Part shown: positions 1-10,524 of the stretch, one piece after another | How positions within the stretch are numbered: position 1 is the first letter of the stretch | Layout of the letters: every line of letters starts with the position of its first letter | NCBI GenBank assembly: GCA_000004985.1 | Contig: GG738869.1 | DNA: 64,000 nt | Source of the DNA: Naegleria gruberi | Taxonomy: Eukaryota | Direction: 5' to 3' (one strand) | The notes under the pieces: generated by a model | What the model saw: the letters and a program-made list of their open reading frames with translations, nothing else | Databases searched by the model: none | Told to the model about the DNA's origin: nothing | Translations under genes and position numbers: made by a program

Positions 1-6
1 CATCAA

Positions 7-1554
7 ATGGTTTCACTCATGAATGAACATTGCATTTCTGCTTCTGGCTTACAGAATGAAAATAATTTAACTCAACCAAATATGGATTATTCAAATAGTG
101 GAAAGGGAATACATTTTGGTATAATGGATGCTCGATTTTTTGAGGCAACTAGTGTTTATTCTCAAACTCTTGCCAAGATTATACCTAAAGATTGGTCAAC
201 AGACAATTTGGCTTATTTTTTCAAGTCAATGTTTCCAATAGAGTCAACAGGATCACAATTTACATCAAGTGAAATGCCAATGTTCTGCCATTGTGGTAAA
301 ACCAATGATTTTTCATTTAGATGTTATGACGTTAATCACATGTTTCTAACTCCGTACAGATACCAAACGTCACCAATCATTTTCCTATTCTTTTCCATCG
401 TGTCAAGTATTTTCTTTGTTTTGGGAGTTGTCATTCCAAGATGCAAGGTAACATTCTCAATATTAACTCAAAAACCAGATTTCAAAAAGGATGAAAATTT
501 CTATTTTGGAACTTCTGAAGCAACTCATATCATTCTCAGATATTTGAGAGCTATTTGGTTGATTACATTTGGTGATATCAAATTCCATTCGATATTTTGG
601 AATTCACTCCTCTTGATTTTAATGTACTTGGTAGAAATTACCTACTTTGCAAGAGCATTCACTGAACCAATTTTGAATTTCACAATTGATGACACAGGTG
701 GAACGATTAGAGCAATTGCATTCGTGTCATTGGCATTGTGTTTCAGTTCAATGATTGTCCATTGGAGTCATACTTTGGATTTAATTAAGAAAGCCAAGTC
801 TAAGGGAGCTCTTTCCATTTTGAATAGCTCAATTACTTTATCATTTTACTTGTTCATGATTGCATTCTTGGTGGTTGGATTGATTGTGGCTGTGGTCACG
901 AATGTATTGTCCATGTTTTTCTTTTTCCTTTCTATATTGTATACTACCTTGTCATTAATATTTTGTGTTGTTTTCACACTGGTTGGCGTGACTATTCTTA
1001 TTAGATTGAGAAAAGGAAAGACAAATGTGATTGGTGTCAAGTTGACTAAATCTACCATGGTAATGAATGCTATTAATTTCTTACTAGTCTTGTCAACAGG
1101 TATTTCAATGCCAACATTTTTCATTGGATGGGACATTTTCAGTGTGGAATTGGGGTTATTAAGAGGAACTGTCTTTGACATCTTTTTGCTATTGGCCTCT
1201 AACTGTGTCACTTACATTTTGTACACTCCATTAGAAGGTAAAACTGTTTATGGAGAGACATGTAGTGATACAGTTCATAGAATTCTCAATTGTGAGTGCC
1301 GTTTTCTAATGAGAAGTGAGGATGAGGATGGAAATATTGAGAATGCAAAGAGTTCATCATCAAGAAGTGGACATTTGAGGAATAAGAATGTTGAACATGT
1401 GAAGAAGAATGAACCCATGCCACACTTTGGTTCTCCAAGTTCTAGTCAATCAGATTTGTCAAATGCTTCGATAGATTGTCCTATCGTTCCTCAAGAGGAA
1501 GGTACAGAAATGATGGAGGTTAGTCCTAAAGAATCCAAAGAAGTTATTGAATAA
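7..1554 (+). CDS. multi-pass membrane protein with 7 or more predicted TM helices (GPCR-like) and a Ser/acid-rich C-terminal tail; the 5' end may extend upstream of the window
   Basis: 515-aa uninterrupted ORF. It has at least 7 hydrophobic 20-25-residue segments separated by short loops, then a hydrophilic tail rich in S, E and D. No stop lies in the 6 nt upstream, so the start is uncertain. Confidence 0.5.
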   Translation: MVSLMNEHCISASGLQNENNLTQPNMDYSNSGKGIHFGIMDARFFEATSVYSQTLAKIIPKDWSTDNLAYFFKSMFPIESTGSQFTSSEMPMFCHCGKTNDFSFRCYDVNHMFLTPYRYQTSPIIFLFFSIVSSIFFVLGVVIPRCKVTFSILTQKPDFKKDENFYFGTSEATHIILRYLRAIWLITFGDIKFHSIFWNSLLLILMYLVEITYFARAFTEPILNFTIDDTGGTIRAIAFVSLALCFSSMIVHWSHTLDLIKKAKSKGALSILNSSITLSFYLFMIAFLVVGLIVAVVTNVLSMFFFFLSILYTTLSLIFCVVFTLVGVTILIRLRKGKTNVIGVKLTKSTMVMNAINFLLVLSTGISMPTFFIGWDIFSVELGLLRGTVFDIFLLLASNCVTYILYTPLEGKTVYGETCSDTVHRILNCECRFLMRSEDEDGNIENAKSSSSRSGHLRNKNVEHVKKNEPMPHFGSPSSSQSDLSNASIDCPIVPQEEGTEMMEVSPKESKEVIE

Positions 1555-1614
1555 ATTCCTTCAATCTCTATTCTGATCATATTTGTTCATAAAGTATTTG
1601 GTCAAGAATTAACT

Positions 1615-2728
1615 TTATTGTTGTGGATTCTTGATATCAAATTGAGCCTTGACGTGTCCCTTGTGATTAATAAATGAAACGCTCATGGATGATTTGGTCA
1701 ATTGAACAGCTGTGAATGCAGATTCTTCCAAATAATATTTCAATCCAGGATGAGTTGGATCAATTTCACCCTTATGGACCTTACTTCCACCTCCACTGAC
1801 AATTTGATGCATACAATTATTTCCATTACAATCAAATCCATTCAAATATTGTAAATTGTGATCGTGTCCAGATAAGTAAACATAAAATCCATTCTTTTGA
1901 AGGAATGGTTCCAACTTTTTGGTAATATCAATATTGTCTCCATGTTTACCAGCAGACTTGATTGGATGGTGACCAACAGCAATCTTGAAACTAATTTGGT
2001 TTTCTCTAGAAATACTATCAATAGTTTGTTGCATGAATGCAAGTTGTCTATTGATGTCCTTTTGAAGAACAAGTGCAGTCATATTGACCTTGGAACTGGC
2101 ATAATATGATTCAATCATTGGACTTGTATCAAAAACAGCAAGTAGAATATTCAAATTACCAACCGAAATCACTCTAGCATAATATTCATTAGGCAAATAA
2201 AACTTGCTCGAATGTTTCTCTCCATTATTATACCTCAAACTGTACTCCACTTCAGCATGAGCATACCCATAATATTCATGATTTCCTAATGCATTATAAA
2301 ATTGGTTACCAAAAGCATGACGAGGTCTATAAACATCTTCAAAACTTGATTGAAATTGTGAATCATGAATTCCAGAAACTCCATTCGGATAGAAATTATC
2401 ACCCACTCCAAGAGAGAAATCACAACTTGGAGCCACACTTGTACACCATTTAGCCATTTGTTGGGCAACCTCAAGCTATTTCCAAATTGGAATTATTATC
2501 CAAATTATTTAATTTATATAAATTTACCTGATTATCACCTCCATTTCTTCCATAATCTCCAATCACTGTAAAATAGGCTACATTTCCATCATCGGATGCT
2601 GATAATACTTTCTTATTTCCAACTCCAACCTTCAAATGAAAGCCTTCAACACCCGAACGGATAAAGTTCAACACGACAACAACAAGCAGAACAACCAAGA
2701 GAAAAAATCTATCAACTTGTTGAGACAT
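1615..2728 (-). CDS. purple acid phosphatase / tartrate-resistant acid phosphatase type 5-like metallophosphoesterase. Exon 1 is 2528-2728, exon 2 is 1615-2475, and the intron 2476-2527 is 52 nt.
   Basis: Exon 1 encodes a signal peptide and the motif FTVIGDYGRNGG. Exon 2 carries GDNFY, GNHEY and GHDHNLQ, which together are the dinuclear-metal phosphoesterase signature of the ACP5/PAP family. The intron reads GTAAAT...AATAG on the minus strand, and the reading frame is continuous after its removal. Confidence 0.8.
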
Positions 2729-2848
2729 TTTTTTGTAATGATTTTTTAAAATAGATTATAAGAGGTGTTTCATGGTGAGGAGTTAATTTTTCCAAATAAA
2801 GAAGATTGTAAAAAGATTTTTCATTGAAATACAGTGAATATTGATGAA

Positions 2849-3433
2849 CTAATTAAAAGCACCTCTGATGAGAATTGGATTTTTGGATGCTTGTTTTCTT
2901 CTTGGACAGGCATACTTGGTAATAATCTTGAATTCATAGGTGTACTCCTTTTTCAAGAGTTTTTTACTCTTTCCAATGTAATGTCCATTAAAGTCAACCT
3001 TCTCATCACAAACTAGTTCAAATTTAGCTCCTGATAATTCATTATTTGAACTGAGAATCATGTCAAATTCCACAACAATTCCATGGGCAATATTTGATGG
3101 ATCAAAAAGTGAAATTTTAGGTCCTGGTTTACCAATATTTAAACATCTGTGAAAATAATTATCAATGTAAACAATTTGATAGGATCCATGATTGGTGGCA
3201 CATGTAGCATTGGTTGGAATGACTGGTTTGCATAGATTTACCATATAATATGATCCTGGAATGTAGTCTGGTACTTGCCATCCCGATTGACCGTTATCGG
3301 ATTGGGACAAGTCAACAATCATTCCATCCTTTTCAATAGAACAATCTTGAGAGTAAACTAAACTAACGGAAGAAGAAAGAATAGCACAGAGCAGTAATAA
3401 ACAGCAAAAAGTAACAGTTGAAGTGAAATGCAT
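2849..3433 (-). CDS. secreted protein with a mannose-6-phosphate-receptor-homology (MRH) lectin-like domain
   Basis: N-terminal signal peptide. Conserved Cys spacing and the C-terminal motif YTYEFKIITKYACP are typical of MRH domains (OS-9, glucosidase II beta, GNPTG). 194 aa. Confidence 0.45.
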   Translation of the reverse strand: MHFTSTVTFCCLLLLCAILSSSVSLVYSQDCSIEKDGMIVDLSQSDNGQSGWQVPDYIPGSYYMVNLCKPVIPTNATCATNHGSYQIVYIDNYFHRCLNIGKPGPKISLFDPSNIAHGIVVEFDMILSSNNELSGAKFELVCDEKVDFNGHYIGKSKKLLKKEYTYEFKIITKYACPRRKQASKNPILIRGAFN

Positions 3434-3673
3434 TTTTTTTTTCGAAAAGAAAACGAGACGAATCTTGTTGAACTGGAAGGGCTTTTAGTTTAACCTTTCG
3501 TAAATGATGACAAGCATCATCTTTTGTAAACGAAACCTTAGAAATCAAGCAATATCAGTGCGACCTTACTGTAAAGCGCACTTTTTCCACTTTTACTTTT
3601 TCAACAATGCAAGCTTCTTACTAATTCATCAAAACCAAACAAGCACTGGCATATTAAAGACTCCTTAAAAAAA

Positions 3674-6600
3674 ATGTCGCGCCCGATTTCTTTCTCAAAT
3701 CGACACAATGTTCGAGGGGTGGCGATGTTGTATGTTGGTGGCTTATTGATGATGTTGATGATGATGATAGTTTTGGGATTTGGTGTTCAGGAGGGATCGT
3801 GTACGGTGTATGAAGTGAGAAATTCGACTTCCTTGTGGGACATTGTTCATGGAAATAAGTTGGTACCTGGTGATGAAGGTAAGTATCATGATTTATTCAT
3901 CATTCAATTTGGATGATATGGTGATTAGTGGTATTGAGAGAGGGCAATTATACATGCTATTATCAAAGTACTTGGTATAGAAATATTGTATTGAAAGGTC
4001 TTACTAATGCTCCTATTACTATTAGAGCTGCCAGTGGAGAGAAGGTTTTGGTCGAAGGAGATTTGAATGCTAGTCAAAATTTGTTGAATTTTAATGTAGA
4101 AAACTTTATTCTGAAAGGTATTGAATTTAGATATGGTGATAGAGGACTGAGATTTTTTGGTGCTAGCAATGTTCTATTGGAAGATTTACACATTCATGAT
4201 ACCAGTGATGTTGGTATGGCAATGAACGATCGTGATGTTACCTATTCTAATGTTACAATTAGGGAAGCTTTTGTGTTTTTACTTTATTAGAAACTGGATG
4301 AAAACAGACACGTTCAAATCCACCACACTCATGGTACTGGAGAGTGCTTCTACTTGGGCTGTAATGATGATGCTTGTCGTTTGATTAATTCACTTATTGA
4401 ATATAATTATTGCCATCATACATGTTGCGTTCAAGGTGATGGTATCGAAGTGAAGAGAGGTTCCTACAATAATGTTATTCGCCACAATGTCATTCACGAT
4501 ACTCACTATCCTGGAATTATTGTGTACGGTGCCAACAATGGTATTCCAAATATTATTGATTCCAACATTATTTGGAACGCTGGTGATAATGGTATTCAAA
4601 TTGCTGCTAATACCATTGCTCGTAACAATATTGTACTCAACTCAAAGATGAATGGTATTAGTATTCAACCTAATCAAGGCAATCCAACAGCTGTTATTTT
4701 GGAACATAACACTGTCATTGGAGCTCTCAGTGGGTCGTGTCTCTCTACTTATAGTACATACATTGGTTCAGAGTTTGTGATTGCAAACAATGCATTCTAT
4801 TGTGAGAATGCTAGTGCAATTTCTGAAACCAATGCAAACTCCAAAACTGTCTATCTTTCTAATGTTGTGAAAGGAAAAGTTACAAGCCAATATGCCAGCA
4901 ATATTATTTATGGAACTGGGTTGAGGGATTTTACCAGTACTGCTTCTCTTCCTTTCAACACTTATCCTTCCCTTGGTTCGTCCTTACTTGGAGTTTCAAC
5001 CTACATGGCTAATACATCAACTCCTTTGGATTTTGATGGTCGTGACAGAAGTGCAGCCTCACGTATTGATGCAGGTGCTTATCAACGGGTTGCTCAAAAC
5101 TCACCAACATGGATTCCAGTAGCTGGTTTCAAAGATGGTTGGAGCAGTCCTGCTCAATCAACTTCTCCAAAGCGTGTAAAGCCTGTTCCTTCAGATAATG
5201 CACATTACAATAGAACAACTTTTATCATCACTCCACAAAATGGTTCTTCATTATTTGACTTGATGAGCACTTTACAACCTGGAGACACCTTATTGGTACG
5301 AGCAGGCACTTATCCTGTTAAATTTGCCAATGCTTGGTTTACCAAGATTGTCCTCTCTGGATCTCCATCAAATCCAATTACTGTTTCTGCATGGCCTGGT
5401 GAAAGAGTTGTTTTGTATGGTGATCCATACGGATCTCAAAACATAATCAACTTGGAAGTTATGTACTTTGTCTTCAGAGGTTTTGAAATGGTTTATGGTT
5501 CCAGAGGAATTAGACTTCATGAATCCTCTCATTCAATCTTTGAAGACTTGAACGTGCACCACACTTGGGCAAATGCAATCTCTGCAAATGATAAGGGTGT
5601 TCATTATCAAAATATTACATTCAGAAATAATCGGGTTGCTCATACTCATGGTACTGGAGAATGTTTTTATTTGGGTTGCCAAGATGCTGCTTGTATCTTT
5701 TCAGATTCTCTCATTGAAGGAAATCTATGTGAATACACGTGTTGTGAACAAGGTGATGGTATTGAACTAAAGCATGGTTCTTACAATAACATAGTTAGAA
5801 ATAACGTTGTTCACGACACACCATATCCAGGTATTACCACTTATACTACTGGGGGCAATGCTCCAAATATTATTGAGGGAAATTTCATTTTTAATACTGG
5901 TGATAATGGTATTCAATGTACATCAGGTCAAATTATTCGAAACAATATCATTGTCAATGCAAGCATCAATGGTATTGATATTCACGATGATGGAGCTGTT
6001 TCTGATCTTACCATCACTCATAACACTGTAATTAACGCCAAAATTGCTTGTTTTTCTGCTGGTGGTTTACAAACAGCTTCAAACGTAATTATTGCAAACA
6101 ATGCTTTGTTTTGTAAGTTTCATACTTTAAATGATTAACTAATCATTATAGGTGACAACTCTCAATACGGATATTATGAGAGATATTTATCTGATAAGAA
6201 GACTAGCACTTTTTATTCGGCAAGAAACTATTATTCAGGAAAAACAAATGGTGTTGGCATTGATTTGGTAAAGGTCAATAACAGTTCTCATGACATACTG
6301 TTGGGTATTGATTTACTGAATGCCTATCCAACATCGATCAGTAACCTTATTGGAGCGGGTAGCCTAAAGTATTCAACACCTTTGGATTTTAATGGAAATT
6401 CCAGATCATCAACTCCAGATGTTGGCGCTTATCAATATTCAACCCCTTCAAATCCAGGTTGGGTTGCTAAAGGATGGTTCAAGAATGGATATAACTCAGT
6501 ATCCGTGTCAGGAAATTGGGAATATCCAAAGAATGTCCTTATTCCTCAAGACGACGATTCTTATATTGGAATGGTTTATCACATCACAGAAGCCAATTAT

Positions 6601-8077
6601 TCATCTTCAAACTGCAAGTATGAAAATATATGGAAAACCATGGCATTGTTGAAACCTGGAGATACTATGATTTTCCATTCAGGAACATTACTAACCCAAG
6701 TCTGTGGGCATGGTTCTTTCTACAGAAGATTAACGGTTATTGGTAGCCCAAATCGTCCAGTGGTAATTAAGGTTGCGGATGGAGAAAGTGTAACAATTCA
6801 AGGCGACATCGGTCAGTCACAAAATATCATGGATGTTGCTTTTTACAATGTCCTTTTTAAAGGATTCAATATGAAATATGGATCCAGAGGTCAGTATCAT
6901 TTTTGAGAAATATTAACTTTTGACAGGTCTTAGAGTCTATGAAGCCCAAAACACAACATTTGAAGGATTGGAAATTTCTGAAACAGCAGATGTTGCTTTC
7001 GCAGGAAACGATCTAAGAGGAGATTACAACAATGTAACTATCAGAAGAGTTAAAGTTCACCACACGCATGGTACAGGGGAATGTTTCTATTTGGGTTGTA
7101 ATTTTGGTGAGTGCATTTGGAGAAATTCCATCATTGAGTACAACCATTGTTCGTAAGTTTCATTGTTTTTTTGAGATACTAAGAAAAAATCATTTAGACA
7201 CACTTGTTGTGAACAAGGTGATGGTATAGAATTAAAGGCTGGTTCGTATGGAAATATTATTCGCCACAATGTAATTCATGATACTATCTATCCTGGAATC
7301 ACATTGTACACTCCAATGGAGGGCAAGCCACCAAATGTTGTCTATGGTAATATTGTGTGGAATACTCAAGATAATGGAATACAAGTAACAGGAAATACAA
7401 TTCTCATGAATAATATTGTAATGAATGCCAAATATTATGGAATTTCAATTCAAGAAAATCAACAGAGGGTGAACGGACTTGGTAACATTGAAAATGTTGC
7501 AATTCTCCACAATACAGTTGTTGGGGTAAGCTCTAAAACCAGTGGAGCTTGTTTTGCCACTAGTGGAACAAATTCTGGAAAAGGAAACATTGTAATTGCT
7601 GGAAATGCCTTTTACTGTTCAGATGCCAAGGCAACACGTGAAGTTAATGTTCATCCAAACACTAAGTATGGTATTAATGTTGTTAGCGGAACCAGTACAA
7701 TGTCAGGTACCTTAATTGGCGACTTGGTGTCAGACTTTTTGGATGTTTCTTCAATTCCTTACAATTTGTATCCAAGAAAGGGAGGGAAATTATATGGCTC
7801 ATCAAATCTCACAATTTACGATCTAGTTTCAAAAGATTTCAATGGTCTTGTTAGATCTTCACAAAGAATGGATGTTGGTGCCCTTCAATATATTGAAGGA
7901 AAAGATAACAACCCAGGTTGGATTCCAAAGGATGAATTCAAACCATTTACTGATCTTTCGCCTCTTGCAAGTCAGTCCACCAATACCACAATGTCCGATG
8001 CCCAAATAATTCTCAATAATGTAACTCTCAACTATTTTTTGGTCATTCTAATGGTATTTGTTTCAATTTGCTTATAA
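3674..8077 (+). CDS. large secreted, probably GPI-anchored, right-handed parallel beta-helix (PbH1, pectin-lyase fold) repeat protein with three tandem modules. Proposed exons are 3674-3878, 3929-4274, 4308-6112, 6152-6889, 6927-7152 and 7198-8077.
   Basis: N-terminal signal anchor and C-terminal hydrophobic tail. PbH1-type repeats such as NNVIRHNVIHDT and NGIQIAANTI recur. A motif HHTHGTGECFYLGC...EYN.C..TCC.QGDGIE.K.GSYNN recurs three times (about 4310, 5650, 7050). Six track ORFs join through GT..AG introns of 50, 33 (candidate), 39, 37 and 45 nt with phases preserved. The 33-nt candidate contains the in-frame TAG at 4288-4290. Confidence 0.7.
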
Positions 8078-8131
8078 TACTCTATCTGTTTGAAATAAAC
8101 TTTACAATTTTCTGAACAATAAAGCAAAAAA

Positions 8132-9535
8132 ATGTCATCACAACTTCTCTACTCGATGTATTGCATTTTGGAGGGCAACTTTCCAATGGATAAACAACAT
8201 ATTCAGGACTTCAACCAAAGAAAATCACCCGATTGGATGAATCTTTCTAAACCGTTAATTAGCAAGACCAATATTTGGCATCAGGCCTCAAGTTTTCATC
8301 AATTACAAATTAAATCAACACTCTGTGGATCAACGTGCACCGAATTAATTTCAGTGCTGGATTTTGAGGATACTTCATGTTGTTCTCTCTTTTTAATATT
8401 CGGAGGAAGATCTTCCGAAATCAGGGAAGGTACTTGCATGGTAAATGATGAAAAACAATTGTATTTGATAGAGATGGTTGATAATGAATTTTCCACATGT
8501 TTGAGCTATGTCTATGATGAAAATGTGTTGAATGAAAAACAAATTCCACAGGCACGATACGGCCATTCTAGTGTCTTTGATAAAGATAGAAAGTTAATGT
8601 ATGTCTTTGGTGGGATGGCTGGAGGGAAGTGTCATAATGATTTGGCAATTTTTGATGTAGTGACAAGTTTGTGGACAATTGTTAATTTTGCAAATGTTGG
8701 ATGCTTGATTCTTCCACAAGAAAGATATGGACATAATTGTGCCATTTACAAAAATTGGATGTTTGTTTGTGGAGGAAGGGATAGCTCAGGAAATATTTTA
8801 GGAGGAATTCAAGCTATGGATTTGGATCGTTGTTTATGGATGAATATTCAAGTGGAATCATTGAGTGGAAGAAGTTTCTTTACTATGGACGTGATTGAGA
8901 GAAGAGATGATAAAATTGAGATGATCATTGCTGGAGGAATTAGAAAAGATCTCAACGAAAAACCACTACAAAGACTTACCATCACTGTTGGGAATGAAAG
9001 ATCTATACACTGCTCAGTTAATCCAATAGAAAATCAAGAACTGACTTGGGATAAGTACGGACATTGCTCTGTATTCAAAAATCAAACCTTGCTATTGGTA
9101 GGAGGTCAGAATCAAGATCACTCTCTAGATTGTAATAGCTTGGAATTTAGTATTGAGAGTGAAACCTTCTCCTCATTCTCATACTTTCTACAGCCATCTA
9201 CACATTGCAGTTTGTCGTTCCTGAACATTTCGCAAGATCTTGATGTCAATCAGAATGATGGATTCTATTTTGCTTCATTACTTTATGACAGCACTTTGAA
9301 TTGCTATGTTGTTGGGGGAAATTCGATAGCTACTTATAGAACTACACCATCAATAGATGTTTCAGAAAACGTTATCAGTGATACGTGGGTAAAGATTGTC
9401 AGCTTTTTGAATTACGATGACTTGAAGAAATTATGTCTAGTTTCCAAACGATTCTACACAATATTTACTGCAGATGTGATTTGGAAGCCAATTCTGTTTA
9501 AATTCTTTGCAGAAAAATTGATAATACCCGTATAA
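8132..9535 (+). CDS. kelch-repeat beta-propeller protein with a C-terminal F-box-like motif
   Basis: Repeated kelch-type blades such as ARYGHSSVF...MYVFGG and ERYGHNCAIY...MFVCGG. C-terminal WVKIVSFLNYDDLKKLCLVSKRFYTIF resembles an F-box. The gene may continue into the 9607 ORF through a candidate 32-nt intron at 9530-9561. Confidence 0.55.
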   Translation: MSSQLLYSMYCILEGNFPMDKQHIQDFNQRKSPDWMNLSKPLISKTNIWHQASSFHQLQIKSTLCGSTCTELISVLDFEDTSCCSLFLIFGGRSSEIREGTCMVNDEKQLYLIEMVDNEFSTCLSYVYDENVLNEKQIPQARYGHSSVFDKDRKLMYVFGGMAGGKCHNDLAIFDVVTSLWTIVNFANVGCLILPQERYGHNCAIYKNWMFVCGGRDSSGNILGGIQAMDLDRCLWMNIQVESLSGRSFFTMDVIERRDDKIEMIIAGGIRKDLNEKPLQRLTITVGNERSIHCSVNPIENQELTWDKYGHCSVFKNQTLLLVGGQNQDHSLDCNSLEFSIESETFSSFSYFLQPSTHCSLSFLNISQDLDVNQNDGFYFASLLYDSTLNCYVVGGNSIATYRTTPSIDVSENVISDTWVKIVSFLNYDDLKKLCLVSKRFYTIFTADVIWKPILFKFFAEKLIIPV

Positions 9536-9606
9536 TATGTGATTATAAGAAACAATTTCAGAAACTCATTCAAGACAAAATTTCTTCAATTAATGATAAT
9601 AACAAG

Positions 9607-10230
9607 TTGTCCAATAAGGTGTGGCCTTTCAAAAGGAGATCATATTACGAGAGGGAAATCAACTTTACTCCACCAAATATCACATGCCCAATAAGGACTT
9701 TCAAAATTTCAGTTGTAGGAGAACCATTTATGGTGAAAGCATTTATTTCCAAAATTACAGGTAAAGATGTGAACAAGATAACTGAGGAGGAACCAATTCA
9801 CATGGTGCAATTTTATTTCCATCACAATATCTATCACTTCTTGATGGATACTAGAACTAATGACATTCCAGAAGATCAACAGCAATCGTTCAGCCTCAAA
9901 TTAGTTTGCATTCGATTAGGAAGAGCTAATCAATCTATCGCAAATTCTCATGATGTTACCTGTCCTACTATAGTTCTAGGTCTCGAAGAAGAGCTTTACA
10001 AGTTTTCAATATTTAAAAAGAGTTACAATAGTCAATACTTTCAACATGTGCTACCATTCGCAACTAGTAAGGATTTGACTTTAATATTCAAACAAATTAC
10101 TTCAATTGGAGCATTTGAGAAGATTTCAACAGAGACTGGTTTTGGAATGTATCAGTTATTGGAATTCTTTCTTGATTGTATCAAAAATGATCCAACACAA
10201 TCTTCAACCTCTGGTTGTGAACTTAATTGA
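9607..10230 (+). CDS. hypothetical protein or possible 3' exon of the kelch/F-box gene
   Basis: 207-codon ORF with no recognisable motif. It lies in a frame reachable from the 8132 ORF by removing the 32-nt segment GTATAATATGTGATTATAAGAAACAATTTCAG. Confidence 0.3.
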   Translation: MSNKVWPFKRRSYYEREINFTPPNITCPIRTFKISVVGEPFMVKAFISKITGKDVNKITEEEPIHMVQFYFHHNIYHFLMDTRTNDIPEDQQQSFSLKLVCIRLGRANQSIANSHDVTCPTIVLGLEEELYKFSIFKKSYNSQYFQHVLPFATSKDLTLIFKQITSIGAFEKISTETGFGMYQLLEFFLDCIKNDPTQSSTSGCELN

Positions 10231-10524
10231 ATCAGAACAACAAATAGCACCAATTTCTAGGGTATAGCTATGCTTTATATGAGCCGTTAGAGAGAGACAT
10301 CACGATTGGTATGTAATAGATATCCATTGGATGAGCCAACGGAGTGTAGGATAGCTGTTGTAAGATACTTGTCCTTGTAGTTTGGTACAGTAGTTTCCTG
10401 TAATCTCAACGTTTCACTGATATTCATTTAAAAACACCAAAGATATTGAGCGCTGCAAATTCATTTAAGAAAAATTCACTTCAACAATATTACTTGAAGG
10501 ACTTTCCAGTAGAATATTAAGAAA

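Noticed and set aside
846-1211. Minus-strand 121-aa ORF nested inside the 7..1554 membrane-protein gene
   Set aside because: It lies fully antisense to a longer, hydropathy-coherent ORF and has no independent support.
3676-3686. CGCGCCCGA resembling the missing 3' acceptor strand of the truncated tRNA-Asp
   Set aside because: It lies inside the start region of the beta-helix gene (atg tcg cgc ccg att) with no T-stem (CCCGG) or tRNA context, so it is a chance match.
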